DNA of 45,016 bases from Planctomycetota bacterium (GTDB taxonomy: Bacteria; Planctomycetota; Planctomycetia; Pirellulales; Lacipirellulaceae). Location of the stretch: positions 1 through 45,016 of the forward strand of contig JBCCXZ010000028.1 of NCBI GenBank assembly GCA_039190745.1. Reading direction: 5' to 3'. The notes under the pieces were generated by a model, which was given only the letters and a program-made list of their open reading frames with translations, searched no databases and had not been told where the DNA came from. Each line of letters starts with the position of its first letter. Position 1 is the first letter of the stretch. This document shows, piece after piece, positions 8,547 through 16,722 of this stretch. Both the position numbers and the translations under genes were made by a program.

Positions 8547-9965
8547 CTAAACGTGGTTTAGCTTGTTGAGACCGTTGTAAGCCGCAACTTTGTAGCATTC
8601 TGCCAGCGTCGGGAAGTTGAATACGTTGTTGATGAAGAACTCGACGCTGCCGCCCAGTGCCATAACGGCCTGGCCGATGTGGATAAGCTCGGTGGCCCCT
8701 GTGCCGATGGTGTGGACCCCTAGGATTTCGTGGGTCTCCTGGTGAATGAGCATCTTGAGCATGCCCAGTTCGTCCCCGAGGAGCTGCCCGCGGGCGATTT
8801 CCCGGTAGTTCGCGACGCCAGACTCGTAGGGGATGCCTTCCTTGGTAAGCTGCTCTTCGGTCTTACCGACCATCGAAATCTCTGGCACGGCGTAGATGCC
8901 GTACGGGAAAAGGGCCGTGTTGTAGTTGCCGACCTCGCAGCAGCCGAAGGCGTGGCAAACCGCACGACGGCCCTGCTCCATGCTGGTCGAGGCCAGCGCG
9001 GGAAAGCCGATGACGTCGCCGGCTGCGTACACATGCTCGACGTTGGTCTGGTAGCAATCGTTGACGCGGAGCCTCTCGCGGTCGTCGAATTCGATGCCCA
9101 CGTTCTGCAGGCCGAGGTCGCTGCAGACGCCCTGGCGGCCGACAGCGTAAAGGAGCGTTTCCGCTCTCAGCTTCTTGCCCGACTCCAGTTTGGCCTCCAC
9201 AAGGCGATGGACCGTGCCGTTCTGGACCTCGATCTCGCCGATGCTCTCGACCTTCTCTCCGAGCCGGAGGGTGATGCCCCGCTGCCGCATGAAGTACTGG
9301 AACGCGTCGGCGATCTCCTGGTCGAGGAACCCGAGAACTCGGTTGCGTCCCTCGACGAGGGTGACCTTCACCCCGAGCGTGGCCATGATGCAGGCGTATT
9401 CGGTGCCGATAACGCCGCCGCCAACCACGATCAACGACTTCGGCAAGTGGTCGAGCCGGAAGACCTCGTCACTAGTGACGATGTTGCGGCCGTTGAGCGG
9501 CACGCTTTCGGGCCGCGCGGGCTTAGTGCCGACCGCCAAGAGGAAGTTATCAGCCGAGATGCGTTCCTCGCCGCCGCTGGGACCGTGGACGGTCAACTCG
9601 TTGGGCCCGTTGAAGGTCGCTTTGCCCCAGAGCAGCTCGACGTCGTTACGATCGAACTGGTCGGCGATGACGTCCCACTCGTTCTGGATAACGCGTTGCG
9701 ACACTCCCACCAGGTCGGCGATGGTGATGTTTTGCTTCTTGACCCGTGCGGACTGGCCGAACAGGCCGCGCGAATTGGCGCCGGTCAGGTGCAGGACCGC
9801 TTCGCGGAGTGCCTTGGACGGTATAGTGCCGGTGTTGATCTGCGCCCCGCCGACGACCCGGTTTTTCTCGATGATGGCGACCCGTTTACCCAGTTTGGCG
9901 GCTTGGATGGCGCCCTTCTGGCCGGCGGGTCCGGTGCCGATCACGATGCAATCGAAGTGCTTCAT
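8547..9965 (-). CDS. sthA: Soluble pyridine nucleotide transhydrogenase
   Basis: GTGPAG FAD fold, GTIPSKALREA without the redox disulfide, GDVIGFPALASTSMEQGR, FNFPTLAECYKVAA. Start placed at MKHFD. Confidence 0.9.
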   Translation of the reverse strand: MKHFDCIVIGTGPAGQKGAIQAAKLGKRVAIIEKNRVVGGAQINTGTIPSKALREAVLHLTGANSRGLFGQSARVKKQNITIADLVGVSQRVIQNEWDVIADQFDRNDVELLWGKATFNGPNELTVHGPSGGEERISADNFLLAVGTKPARPESVPLNGRNIVTSDEVFRLDHLPKSLIVVGGGVIGTEYACIMATLGVKVTLVEGRNRVLGFLDQEIADAFQYFMRQRGITLRLGEKVESIGEIEVQNGTVHRLVEAKLESGKKLRAETLLYAVGRQGVCSDLGLQNVGIEFDDRERLRVNDCYQTNVEHVYAAGDVIGFPALASTSMEQGRRAVCHAFGCCEVGNYNTALFPYGIYAVPEISMVGKTEEQLTKEGIPYESGVANYREIARGQLLGDELGMLKMLIHQETHEILGVHTIGTGATELIHIGQAVMALGGSVEFFINNVFNFPTLAECYKVAAYNGLNKLNHV

Positions 9966-10282
9966 TTCTTCTACCGTGGTTTGTGGCAGGGTGGGAGGGG
10001 CCGCGGAGGCGGCGTCGGCGGGAAGGTTGCGGTGCGGCAAGCTCAGCCAACCCACTGGCTTTGCTTCGACCACCGCACGGAGTCCGCTGCAAGCTGAGAA
10101 AGTTTGCCGTTACTACCGGAAGGAATATAGGCGGTGAGACTGATAATCGCGACGGTTAAGCGGCCTGCAGCGGATAGAATTGCCAATCGGATCGGCGAGG
10201 ACTCCAATGGTAGCAGGACGGCCGCCGGCCGGTTTCCCTGAATCATCACCTCTGTGCCTCATGCCCCACGGGTACCCGCCCG

Positions 10283-11626
10283 ATGTCCCTGTTCGCCGCC
10301 GAAGAAGCCGAGAACCTGCGGAGTGCCCAGCCCCTTGCGACGCGGATGCGTCCGCGGAAGCTGGCAGAGTTCGCCGGCCAACAGCACCTGCTGGGACCGG
10401 GGAAGCTGCTGCGGCGGCTCATTGAGGCCGACCGGCTGACGGCGGTGATCTTCTACGGGCCGCCGGGGACCGGGAAGACGACGCTGGCCCACCTGCTCGC
10501 GGGCGAGACACGCTGCCATTTCCAACAGCTCAACGCTGTGACCAGCGGCGTCAAGGAACTGCGTGCCGTGATCGACGCAGCTGCCGACCGACTCGCGGCA
10601 GAGGGCCAACGCACCCTGTTGTTCATCGACGAGATCCACCGTTTCAGCAAAGCCCAGCAAGACGCTCTGCTGCCCTCGGTCGAGGAGGGCGTCGTCGTCT
10701 TGGTCGGGGCGACGACCTCTAATCCATTTTTCGCCGTCACGGGGGCTTTGATCAGTCGCAGCCGGGTGTTCGAGTTCGAACCGCTCACCCGTTCGGACAT
10801 CGTCGGGATTCTGCGTGCTGCTTCCGAGGACAAGGGGCGTGGGCTGGGCGGGTCCGGCGTGCGCCTCCACGACGATGCGGCGGATTTCCTAGCGGAAACA
10901 TGCGACGGCGACGCACGACAAGCGCTCAGTGCGCTGGAGGTCGGTGTCCTCTCCACAAGCGTCCGGCCGGTCGAGTTTACGCTGCAACTCGCGGCGGAAT
11001 GCGTCCAACGCAAGGCGATCCAATACGACCGCGATGGTGACGGCCACTACGATTCCGCAAGCGCGTTGATCAAGAGCATCCGTGGCAGCGATCCGGACGC
11101 CGGTCTCTACTGGTTGGCCAGGATGCTGGAGGGCGGCGAGGACGTTAGGTTCCTCTGCCGGCGTCTGGTGATCCTGGCTAGCGAGGACATCGGTAATGCC
11201 GACCCGCAGTCGTTGCCTCTGGCGGTCGCCGCGATGCAGGCCTGTGAATTTGTGGGCCTGCCGGAGTGCCAACTGACGCTCGCTCAGTCGGTAACCTACC
11301 TTGCCTGCGCCCCGAAGTCGAACGCCGTCACTACGGCCATTGGGGAAGCCCGTCAGGATATCCGAGAGGGCCGTACAGCCCCAGTGCCCCGCCACCTCCG
11401 CGACGCTCACTACCACGGAGCCAAGCGGCTCGGCAATGGCGAGGGTTACGTCTACGCCCACGACGCGGAGGATGGGGTGGCCGCCCAAGACTATTTAGGG
11501 ATCGAGAAAGAGTACTACCGTCCCGTTGGCAGGGGTTACGAAGCGGAACTCTCTCAGCGGCTAGAAGGCCTGCGTGCCCGCCTCCGTGAATCTGCTGACA
11601 ATGATCAGGGCCCTCACGATGCATGA
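10283..11626 (+). CDS. rarA: Replication-associated recombination protein A (RarA/MgsA AAA+ ATPase)
   Basis: PLATRMRP, Walker A GPPGTGKT, Walker B FIDEIHRF, SALIKSIRGSDPDA, ASEDIGNADP. Confidence 0.95.
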   Translation: MSLFAAEEAENLRSAQPLATRMRPRKLAEFAGQQHLLGPGKLLRRLIEADRLTAVIFYGPPGTGKTTLAHLLAGETRCHFQQLNAVTSGVKELRAVIDAAADRLAAEGQRTLLFIDEIHRFSKAQQDALLPSVEEGVVVLVGATTSNPFFAVTGALISRSRVFEFEPLTRSDIVGILRAASEDKGRGLGGSGVRLHDDAADFLAETCDGDARQALSALEVGVLSTSVRPVEFTLQLAAECVQRKAIQYDRDGDGHYDSASALIKSIRGSDPDAGLYWLARMLEGGEDVRFLCRRLVILASEDIGNADPQSLPLAVAAMQACEFVGLPECQLTLAQSVTYLACAPKSNAVTTAIGEARQDIREGRTAPVPRHLRDAHYHGAKRLGNGEGYVYAHDAEDGVAAQDYLGIEKEYYRPVGRGYEAELSQRLEGLRARLRESADNDQGPHDA

Positions 11627-12089
11627 CCCGCTCACCAAGCCTGATCGCGTGACGGGAGTGGTCATCGTCGACCACGGGTCTCGCCGAACCGCGAGCAATG
11701 ACTTGCTGCTGAGAGTTGTTGACGAGTTCCGCTCACAGAGCGACTGGTCGATTGTCGAACCGGCGCACATGGAGTTAGCCGAGCCGTCAATCGAGACCGC
11801 CTTCAGTCGCTGCGTAACCGCTGGAGCCACTCGGGTTGTGGTCTTCCCGTACTTTCTTGCCCCGGGCCGGCACTGGACGGAAGACATCCCAAGGCTGACC
11901 GCCGAGGCGGCGGCGGCTTATCCCGAAGTCGAATGGCTCGTGACGGCCCCGCTCGGGCTGCACCCAAGCATTCTTGCGGTGATCGACGACCGCATCGACC
12001 ACTGTCTCAGCCGGGTCGCGGGGCAGGTAGACGCCTGCGAAATCTGTTCTGACCAAGCAGGGTGCATCGGCAGTCGCGAGCAGTGCTAG
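11619..12089 (+). CDS. Single-domain sirohydrochlorin chelatase (CbiX/SirB family) with a Cys-rich tail
   Basis: VDHGSR, AHMELAEPS, PYFLAPGRHWTEDIP, PLGLHP. The start overlaps the rarA stop. Confidence 0.88.
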   Translation: MHDPLTKPDRVTGVVIVDHGSRRTASNDLLLRVVDEFRSQSDWSIVEPAHMELAEPSIETAFSRCVTAGATRVVVFPYFLAPGRHWTEDIPRLTAEAAAAYPEVEWLVTAPLGLHPSILAVIDDRIDHCLSRVAGQVDACEICSDQAGCIGSREQC

Positions 12090-12214
12090 CTGTCGCAGTT
12101 CCGTACCTGAGCGTCTTTAACGATTGGGCGCTCTGCAGCCGATGTAAGAGATGTGCGCGAGAGCGTTGCCGCTACCACACACCTCTAGTCTCACCGTAGA
12201 ACGGGAACAGTTCG

Positions 12215-13237
12215 ATGCGACTCACCGCCGCTGGGTTTCTTGTGCTCTCGACCACCAGTCTATCCTCTCTTGTCGCAGCGCCGATTGTGCCGGGGACTGG
12301 CGTCAAGGTCATACAGGTCGGCGACAACTTCGAAGACGAGCAATGGCAGTACGTCCATAACGGACGGAAGGCTAGTTACGAGCAGGACGAGCAACAACGC
12401 CCGCCGGGCGGATTCAGCGGCAACGGCCGTTGGTACGAGAGCGCGATGCGGGGCCACCCGGACGTAATCCGTCGCGTGCGTACCCCGCCGGGGGGGATCG
12501 AGGGGAGTCGCGGAGCTCTGCTGCTGCGGACCAAGCTATCGGGCATCCCCGGCGACTTGGCCGGTACGCAAATGCAAGACGACCTGCTGATGGGCGTCAA
12601 AGGCCGCGTGGGTCGGGCCGTGCCTGTCGCGTGGACGCCAAGCAGCACCGTCCGCGTTTATCTGCCCCCCTTCCGTCTTTGGGAGGACCGCACCGGGGCG
12701 TCGTTCGGCGTCCGCGCCGACGTGCGTGGGCGCGACCCCGACGGGGAAGTCGATGCTTACTGGCCGGGCATGTTCGTGCTCTTCCGGAGTGAAACCAGCA
12801 AGCGTTTTGATGAAGACTTCGCCCAAATCAGCGTCCGCGCCCGCGGCAACGGACGCGACTTAGGCGGCCCGAAAATCTACGAGCACGGCTGGTGGACGTT
12901 CGGCATGACGTTCACGCCCGACGGTAAGGTGCACTATTACGCAAGCGAGGGGGTCGACGATCTCACCGAGGAAGACCACCTTTACTCAAGCTTTCCTTAC
13001 GGCACAAAGTGCCTCTACTACGACAACTTCTTCGTGAACGTGGCCAATTTTGAAAACGGCCGGAACTGGTCCACACCGTGGGTGATCGACGACCCACAGT
13101 TTTTTGTGATACCGCCCGAAGGCCAGACGCTGGCCAACCTGATGCGTAAGGGCGGCCGCTCGAACAGCGGCTTCGGCGGCGGGGCGGTCGCACGCCGACC
13201 GACGAGCGGCATCCGGCGGCCCGGACGACGCCGCTGA
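12215..13237 (+). CDS. Secreted hypothetical protein
   Basis: 340-aa ORF with a signal-peptide-like N-terminus, an aromatic-rich and probably beta-rich body, and a basic Gly/Arg tail. Confidence 0.75.
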   Translation: MRLTAAGFLVLSTTSLSSLVAAPIVPGTGVKVIQVGDNFEDEQWQYVHNGRKASYEQDEQQRPPGGFSGNGRWYESAMRGHPDVIRRVRTPPGGIEGSRGALLLRTKLSGIPGDLAGTQMQDDLLMGVKGRVGRAVPVAWTPSSTVRVYLPPFRLWEDRTGASFGVRADVRGRDPDGEVDAYWPGMFVLFRSETSKRFDEDFAQISVRARGNGRDLGGPKIYEHGWWTFGMTFTPDGKVHYYASEGVDDLTEEDHLYSSFPYGTKCLYYDNFFVNVANFENGRNWSTPWVIDDPQFFVIPPEGQTLANLMRKGGRSNSGFGGGAVARRPTSGIRRPGRRR

Positions 13238-13363
13238 GCTGAGGACTTTTTTACCAACTGGCACCGGGGTGACAACACAACGACTACACCGCCATTTCAA
13301 CGACGCTTATATGAGTACACTCTTCGGTAAGCAAGGGCCCCTTGGGCATACGCTGCTACATCG

Positions 13364-13393
13364 CGTAAGTCCATATTGAAAAAATATCTTACG
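13364..13393. promoter_or_regulatory. Inverted repeat CGTAAG-N18-CTTACG with AT-rich spacer (possible DNA-bending or activator site)
   Basis: CGTAAG at 13364-13369 and CTTACG at 13388-13393, about 30 bp upstream of a sigma-54-like element. Confidence 0.45.
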
Positions 13394-13420
13394 GCCATCC
13401 AAACGCATTATGCGCATGTT

Positions 13421-13436
13421 TGGAACGGCTTCTGCA
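13421..13436 (+). promoter_or_regulatory. Putative sigma-54 (-24/-12) promoter
   Basis: TGGAACGGCTTCTGCA has GG-N10-GC spacing and is close to the consensus TGGCACG-N4-TTGCW. It lies in an AT-richer intergenic region about 65 bp upstream of ATG 13503. Confidence 0.55.
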
Positions 13437-13502
13437 AAAGCTCTCCCCCAATCCCTGCCAACCAAGGCGGGAATGGTTTTACTCGCAAGAGGGGAGAGCG
13501 TC

Positions 13503-14096
13503 ATGCCAGAACTCAGGATGTCACTCATTGGTTGCGGCCTCGCCGCCGCAATGACTCCCACGATCACTGCCCACGCAGACCGTATCCGCGACTTCGATCG
13601 CCAAGCCGCTCGGTTGGAGCGACAAACCGTCGAGATGGTCCGCTTTCTGCGATGGGAAGTCGGAGAGTGCCCCAAGCTCGAGGTGCTCCTTCGGCAAGCG
13701 GACGGCCTGTTCTGCCTCTCTCAGGAAGTCCAGCGAGAGTTGCTGTTCTTCGACGGAGACCCGCGGAGCCTCGAAAGACTCGAACGCAAACTTGGGCTTT
13801 TCCAGGAGCAGACCCTAGCGATGTGCGCGACGATCGACGGCCTGCGTTACCGGCGGCCCGCCGCTTTCGGGGTCGGCCTCCATGCTGGAGTGGCTGCTAC
13901 TCAGCCGAGGCCCGGGCAAGGCTGGGCGGTCTACTTCGGTAAGCCTTACCACGGCCACTCTCCCGGCGTCCGCTCTGTCGGGTTCGCAGCACCTCGGCCT
14001 CTGCCTCACACAGGCCGGCTAAACGCACTTCACCACCGTGTTGAGCAGCTCGGTAGATCCGCGGACCGGTTGCAGCGAGACTTGTGCCGCATCTAG
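13503..14096 (+). CDS. Hypothetical protein, probably secreted and helical
   Basis: GGGGAGAG upstream of ATG 13503; signal-like [18 protein letters not shown]. No family recognised. Confidence 0.6.
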   Translation: MPELRMSLIGCGLAAAMTPTITAHADRIRDFDRQAARLERQTVEMVRFLRWEVGECPKLEVLLRQADGLFCLSQEVQRELLFFDGDPRSLERLERKLGLFQEQTLAMCATIDGLRYRRPAAFGVGLHAGVAATQPRPGQGWAVYFGKPYHGHSPGVRSVGFAAPRPLPHTGRLNALHHRVEQLGRSADRLQRDLCRI

Positions 14097-14239
14097 CGGT
14101 TGGCGGCCCATCCACACTCTTGCTTCGGCAGCCTCGACAGCAGATAATCCGGTTCTTTGGGGAACCCGCAGGGGCTTGGTTCCCAGTGAAGCCACCACGG
14201 ACGTCTCGCTCCCGAGGCTGCCGCAGCACGGAGGGACGG

Positions 14240-15181
14240 ATGCCACGCAACAAGACTTATCAGCACGCCGCCGAAGCGATCGGCGAGACGCCGATGATCC
14301 GCATTAACCGCCTCGTGCCGGAGGGGCACGCAACGGTTTTTGCGAAGTGCGAGTTCTTCCAGCCGCTCAACAGCGTGAAAGACCGTATCGGCGCCGCAAT
14401 GATCGAGGCGGGCGAGCGCGACGGCAAGATCGGCGCCGGCACGCGGATCGTCGAGCCCACCAGCGGCAACACAGGGATCGCCTTGGCGTTCGTCTGTGCG
14501 GCCAAGGGTTACAAGTTGACGCTCACCATGCCCGAGTCGATGTCGGTCGAGCGTCGGGCTCTGCTGCGTTCTATGGGGGCCGAGCTCGTGCTCACCCCTG
14601 CGGCGGACGGCATGAAGGGGGCGATCGGCAAGGCAACTGAACTCGTCGCATCCGACCCCAACGCCTGGATGCCCCAGCAATTCGAGAACCCAGCCAACCC
14701 GGCGATCCACGAGGCCACCACCGGACCCGAAATCTGGGAAGACTCCGGCCAAGACATCGACGCGATCGTCGCCGGGGTCGGCACCGGGGGAACCATCACG
14801 GGGAGCGCCCGTTACTTGAAGAGTAAGAACCCGGAGTTCAAAGCGATCGCGGTTGAGCCGGTCGACTCGCCGGTGATCGGAGGCGGCCAGCCCGGCCCGC
14901 ACAAGATCCAAGGCATCGGCGCCGGGTTTGTTCCCAAGAACCTCGATACCTCGCTGGTCGACGAAGTCGTCACCGTGAGCAACGAAGAGGCGTTCCAGTG
15001 GGGCCGCCGCTTGGCTAAGGAAGAGGGCATCGTGGGAGGCATCAGCAGCGGCGCCAACATGTGCGCCGCCGCCAAGGTGGCCGCCCGGCCCGAGATGGCG
15101 GGCAAGCGGATCGTCACTATCATGTGCAGCCTCGGCGAGCGGTACCTGTCGACGCCACTATTCGAAGGCCTGACCGGCTAA
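14240..15181 (+). CDS. cysK: Cysteine synthase A (O-acetylserine sulfhydrylase)
   Basis: PLP lysine motif [53 protein letters not shown]. Confidence 0.95.
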   Translation: MPRNKTYQHAAEAIGETPMIRINRLVPEGHATVFAKCEFFQPLNSVKDRIGAAMIEAGERDGKIGAGTRIVEPTSGNTGIALAFVCAAKGYKLTLTMPESMSVERRALLRSMGAELVLTPAADGMKGAIGKATELVASDPNAWMPQQFENPANPAIHEATTGPEIWEDSGQDIDAIVAGVGTGGTITGSARYLKSKNPEFKAIAVEPVDSPVIGGGQPGPHKIQGIGAGFVPKNLDTSLVDEVVTVSNEEAFQWGRRLAKEEGIVGGISSGANMCAAAKVAARPEMAGKRIVTIMCSLGERYLSTPLFEGLTG

Positions 15182-15216
15182 GCACCCGTTGCCCGTTCCA
15201 TTGCCCCGGCTGTCCA

Positions 15217-16155
15217 TTGTCTGAATCGCTGCCCATCGTCAGTTCGGGTCGACCGCGGTTGCCAGAGTGGCTCCGCGTGAACCTCCCGGCTGGCCGTGCG
15301 CAGTCAACGTTCAACGGCACGAGCAGCGCCGTCAGCGACGGTGCGTTGCACACGGTTTGCGAAGAGGCACGCTGCCCAAATATCCACGACTGCTGGGCCC
15401 AGGGCACCGCCACGTTCATGGTCGCCGGGAAGGAATGCACGCGGGGCTGCCGGTTCTGCTCGGTGGAGACCCTCAAGCAGCCCCCTGCCCTGGAGGCCGA
15501 TGAACCTGAGCGGCTTGCCGATGCCGTCGAGCGGATGGGGCTCGACTACGTAGTCGTGACGGTTGTCAACCGAGACGACCTTCCCGACGGCGGAGCGGCG
15601 CACTACAAGCGCTGCGTTGAAGCGGTTCACAACAGACTGCCAGAAACGGGCGTCGAGCTGCTCTGCAGCGACCTAGACGGCAGCCGCCCATCGCTTGAAT
15701 CCCTCCTGGACGGCATCCACCTCAGGGTGTTTGCCCACAATGCGGAGTGCGTCCCCCGCCTGGATGCCGCAATCCGCGACCCCCGGGCGAGCTTTGAGCA
15801 GAGCCTCCAAATCTTGGCATGGGCCCGAGAGATCCGGCCAGACGTCGTGACCAAGAGCAGCCTGATGGTCGGCCTCGGCGAAACGGACGACGAGCTGCTC
15901 GAAGCGATGCAGCGATTACGCCTTGCCGGGGTCCAGCTGCTCACACTGGGCCAGTATCTCGCACCGGGTCGCCCAGGAACCCGCTTTGCGGCAGTCGACC
16001 GGTTCGTCACACCAGAACGGTTCGATCAATTCGAGCGTGAGGCGTACGCGATGGGGTTCCTAGGCGTGGCCGCTGGGCCCCTGGTACGGAGCTCCTACCG
16101 CGCCGGGGAGTTGTACGCCCAGGCACGGTCGACTGAGCAGATTGCGGGAGCGTAG
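15217..16155 (+). CDS. lipA: Lipoyl synthase
   Basis: CEEARCPNIHDC (CX4CX5C), radical-SAM CTRGCRFC, C-terminal VRSSY. The TTG start at 15217 is an estimate. Confidence 0.93.
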   Translation: MSESLPIVSSGRPRLPEWLRVNLPAGRAQSTFNGTSSAVSDGALHTVCEEARCPNIHDCWAQGTATFMVAGKECTRGCRFCSVETLKQPPALEADEPERLADAVERMGLDYVVVTVVNRDDLPDGGAAHYKRCVEAVHNRLPETGVELLCSDLDGSRPSLESLLDGIHLRVFAHNAECVPRLDAAIRDPRASFEQSLQILAWAREIRPDVVTKSSLMVGLGETDDELLEAMQRLRLAGVQLLTLGQYLAPGRPGTRFAAVDRFVTPERFDQFEREAYAMGFLGVAAGPLVRSSYRAGELYAQARSTEQIAGA

Positions 16156-16164
16156 AACCTGCTG

Positions 16165-16710
16165 CTAAGGCTCTGTGACATTTTTGGGTTCTAGCGCTAT
16201 CGGCAAGGCTCTATCTGCGTCTCGGCCATCCGGAACCTCACCGCTCAAGGCCTGCGTCGAGGCGGCGTGGCTGAGCAGCGTCTCGTGATCGAGGCCGCAC
16301 ATCGCCCCAGCGGCGAGTAGTTGCTCGGCCCGCTTGCCGTGCCGGAGCACGCCTTCGGAGTTGCCCTCGCGGAGTTTCACGCCCGCCGCGGCCAGCTTGA
16401 TGAGCCCTTTGAGAAAGTCGGCGGCTCCACCCGCGCGTCCCGCGGCGATCCATAACTGCTCCCACGCCTCGTGGGCTTCCCAATAGTAGCCGTAATTGAA
16501 CAGATCGATGGCGTACAGGAACGTGGGCGACTGTTCCCAAGCTTCGGGCTCCAGGGCTGAGGGCTCCTCCTCTTCCTGGCCATGCATATGGCCGCGCGGA
16601 TCGGAGACGGGGTGCGGCGTCAGCCCAGGAACATGAGAGTACGGCGGCAGCGGTCGATCGCTGTAGCGCTTGGGCCGGTTGACGTCATCGGGCGGGGCAT
16701 CTCTGGTCAT
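16165..16710 (-). CDS. DUF309 domain protein
   Basis: LFNYGYYWEAHEAWEQLW and LKGLIKLAAA motifs; N-terminal LPPYSHVPGLTPHP. Confidence 0.82.
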   Translation of the reverse strand: MTRDAPPDDVNRPKRYSDRPLPPYSHVPGLTPHPVSDPRGHMHGQEEEEPSALEPEAWEQSPTFLYAIDLFNYGYYWEAHEAWEQLWIAAGRAGGAADFLKGLIKLAAAGVKLREGNSEGVLRHGKRAEQLLAAGAMCGLDHETLLSHAASTQALSGEVPDGRDADRALPIALEPKNVTEP

Positions 16711-16722
16711 GAGCAACCCCGA

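Noticed and set aside
10116..10125. CCGGAAGGAA, resembling the SRP RNA (ffs) core
   Set aside because: It lacks the flanking CAGG and GCAGC nucleotides and the long enclosing helix.
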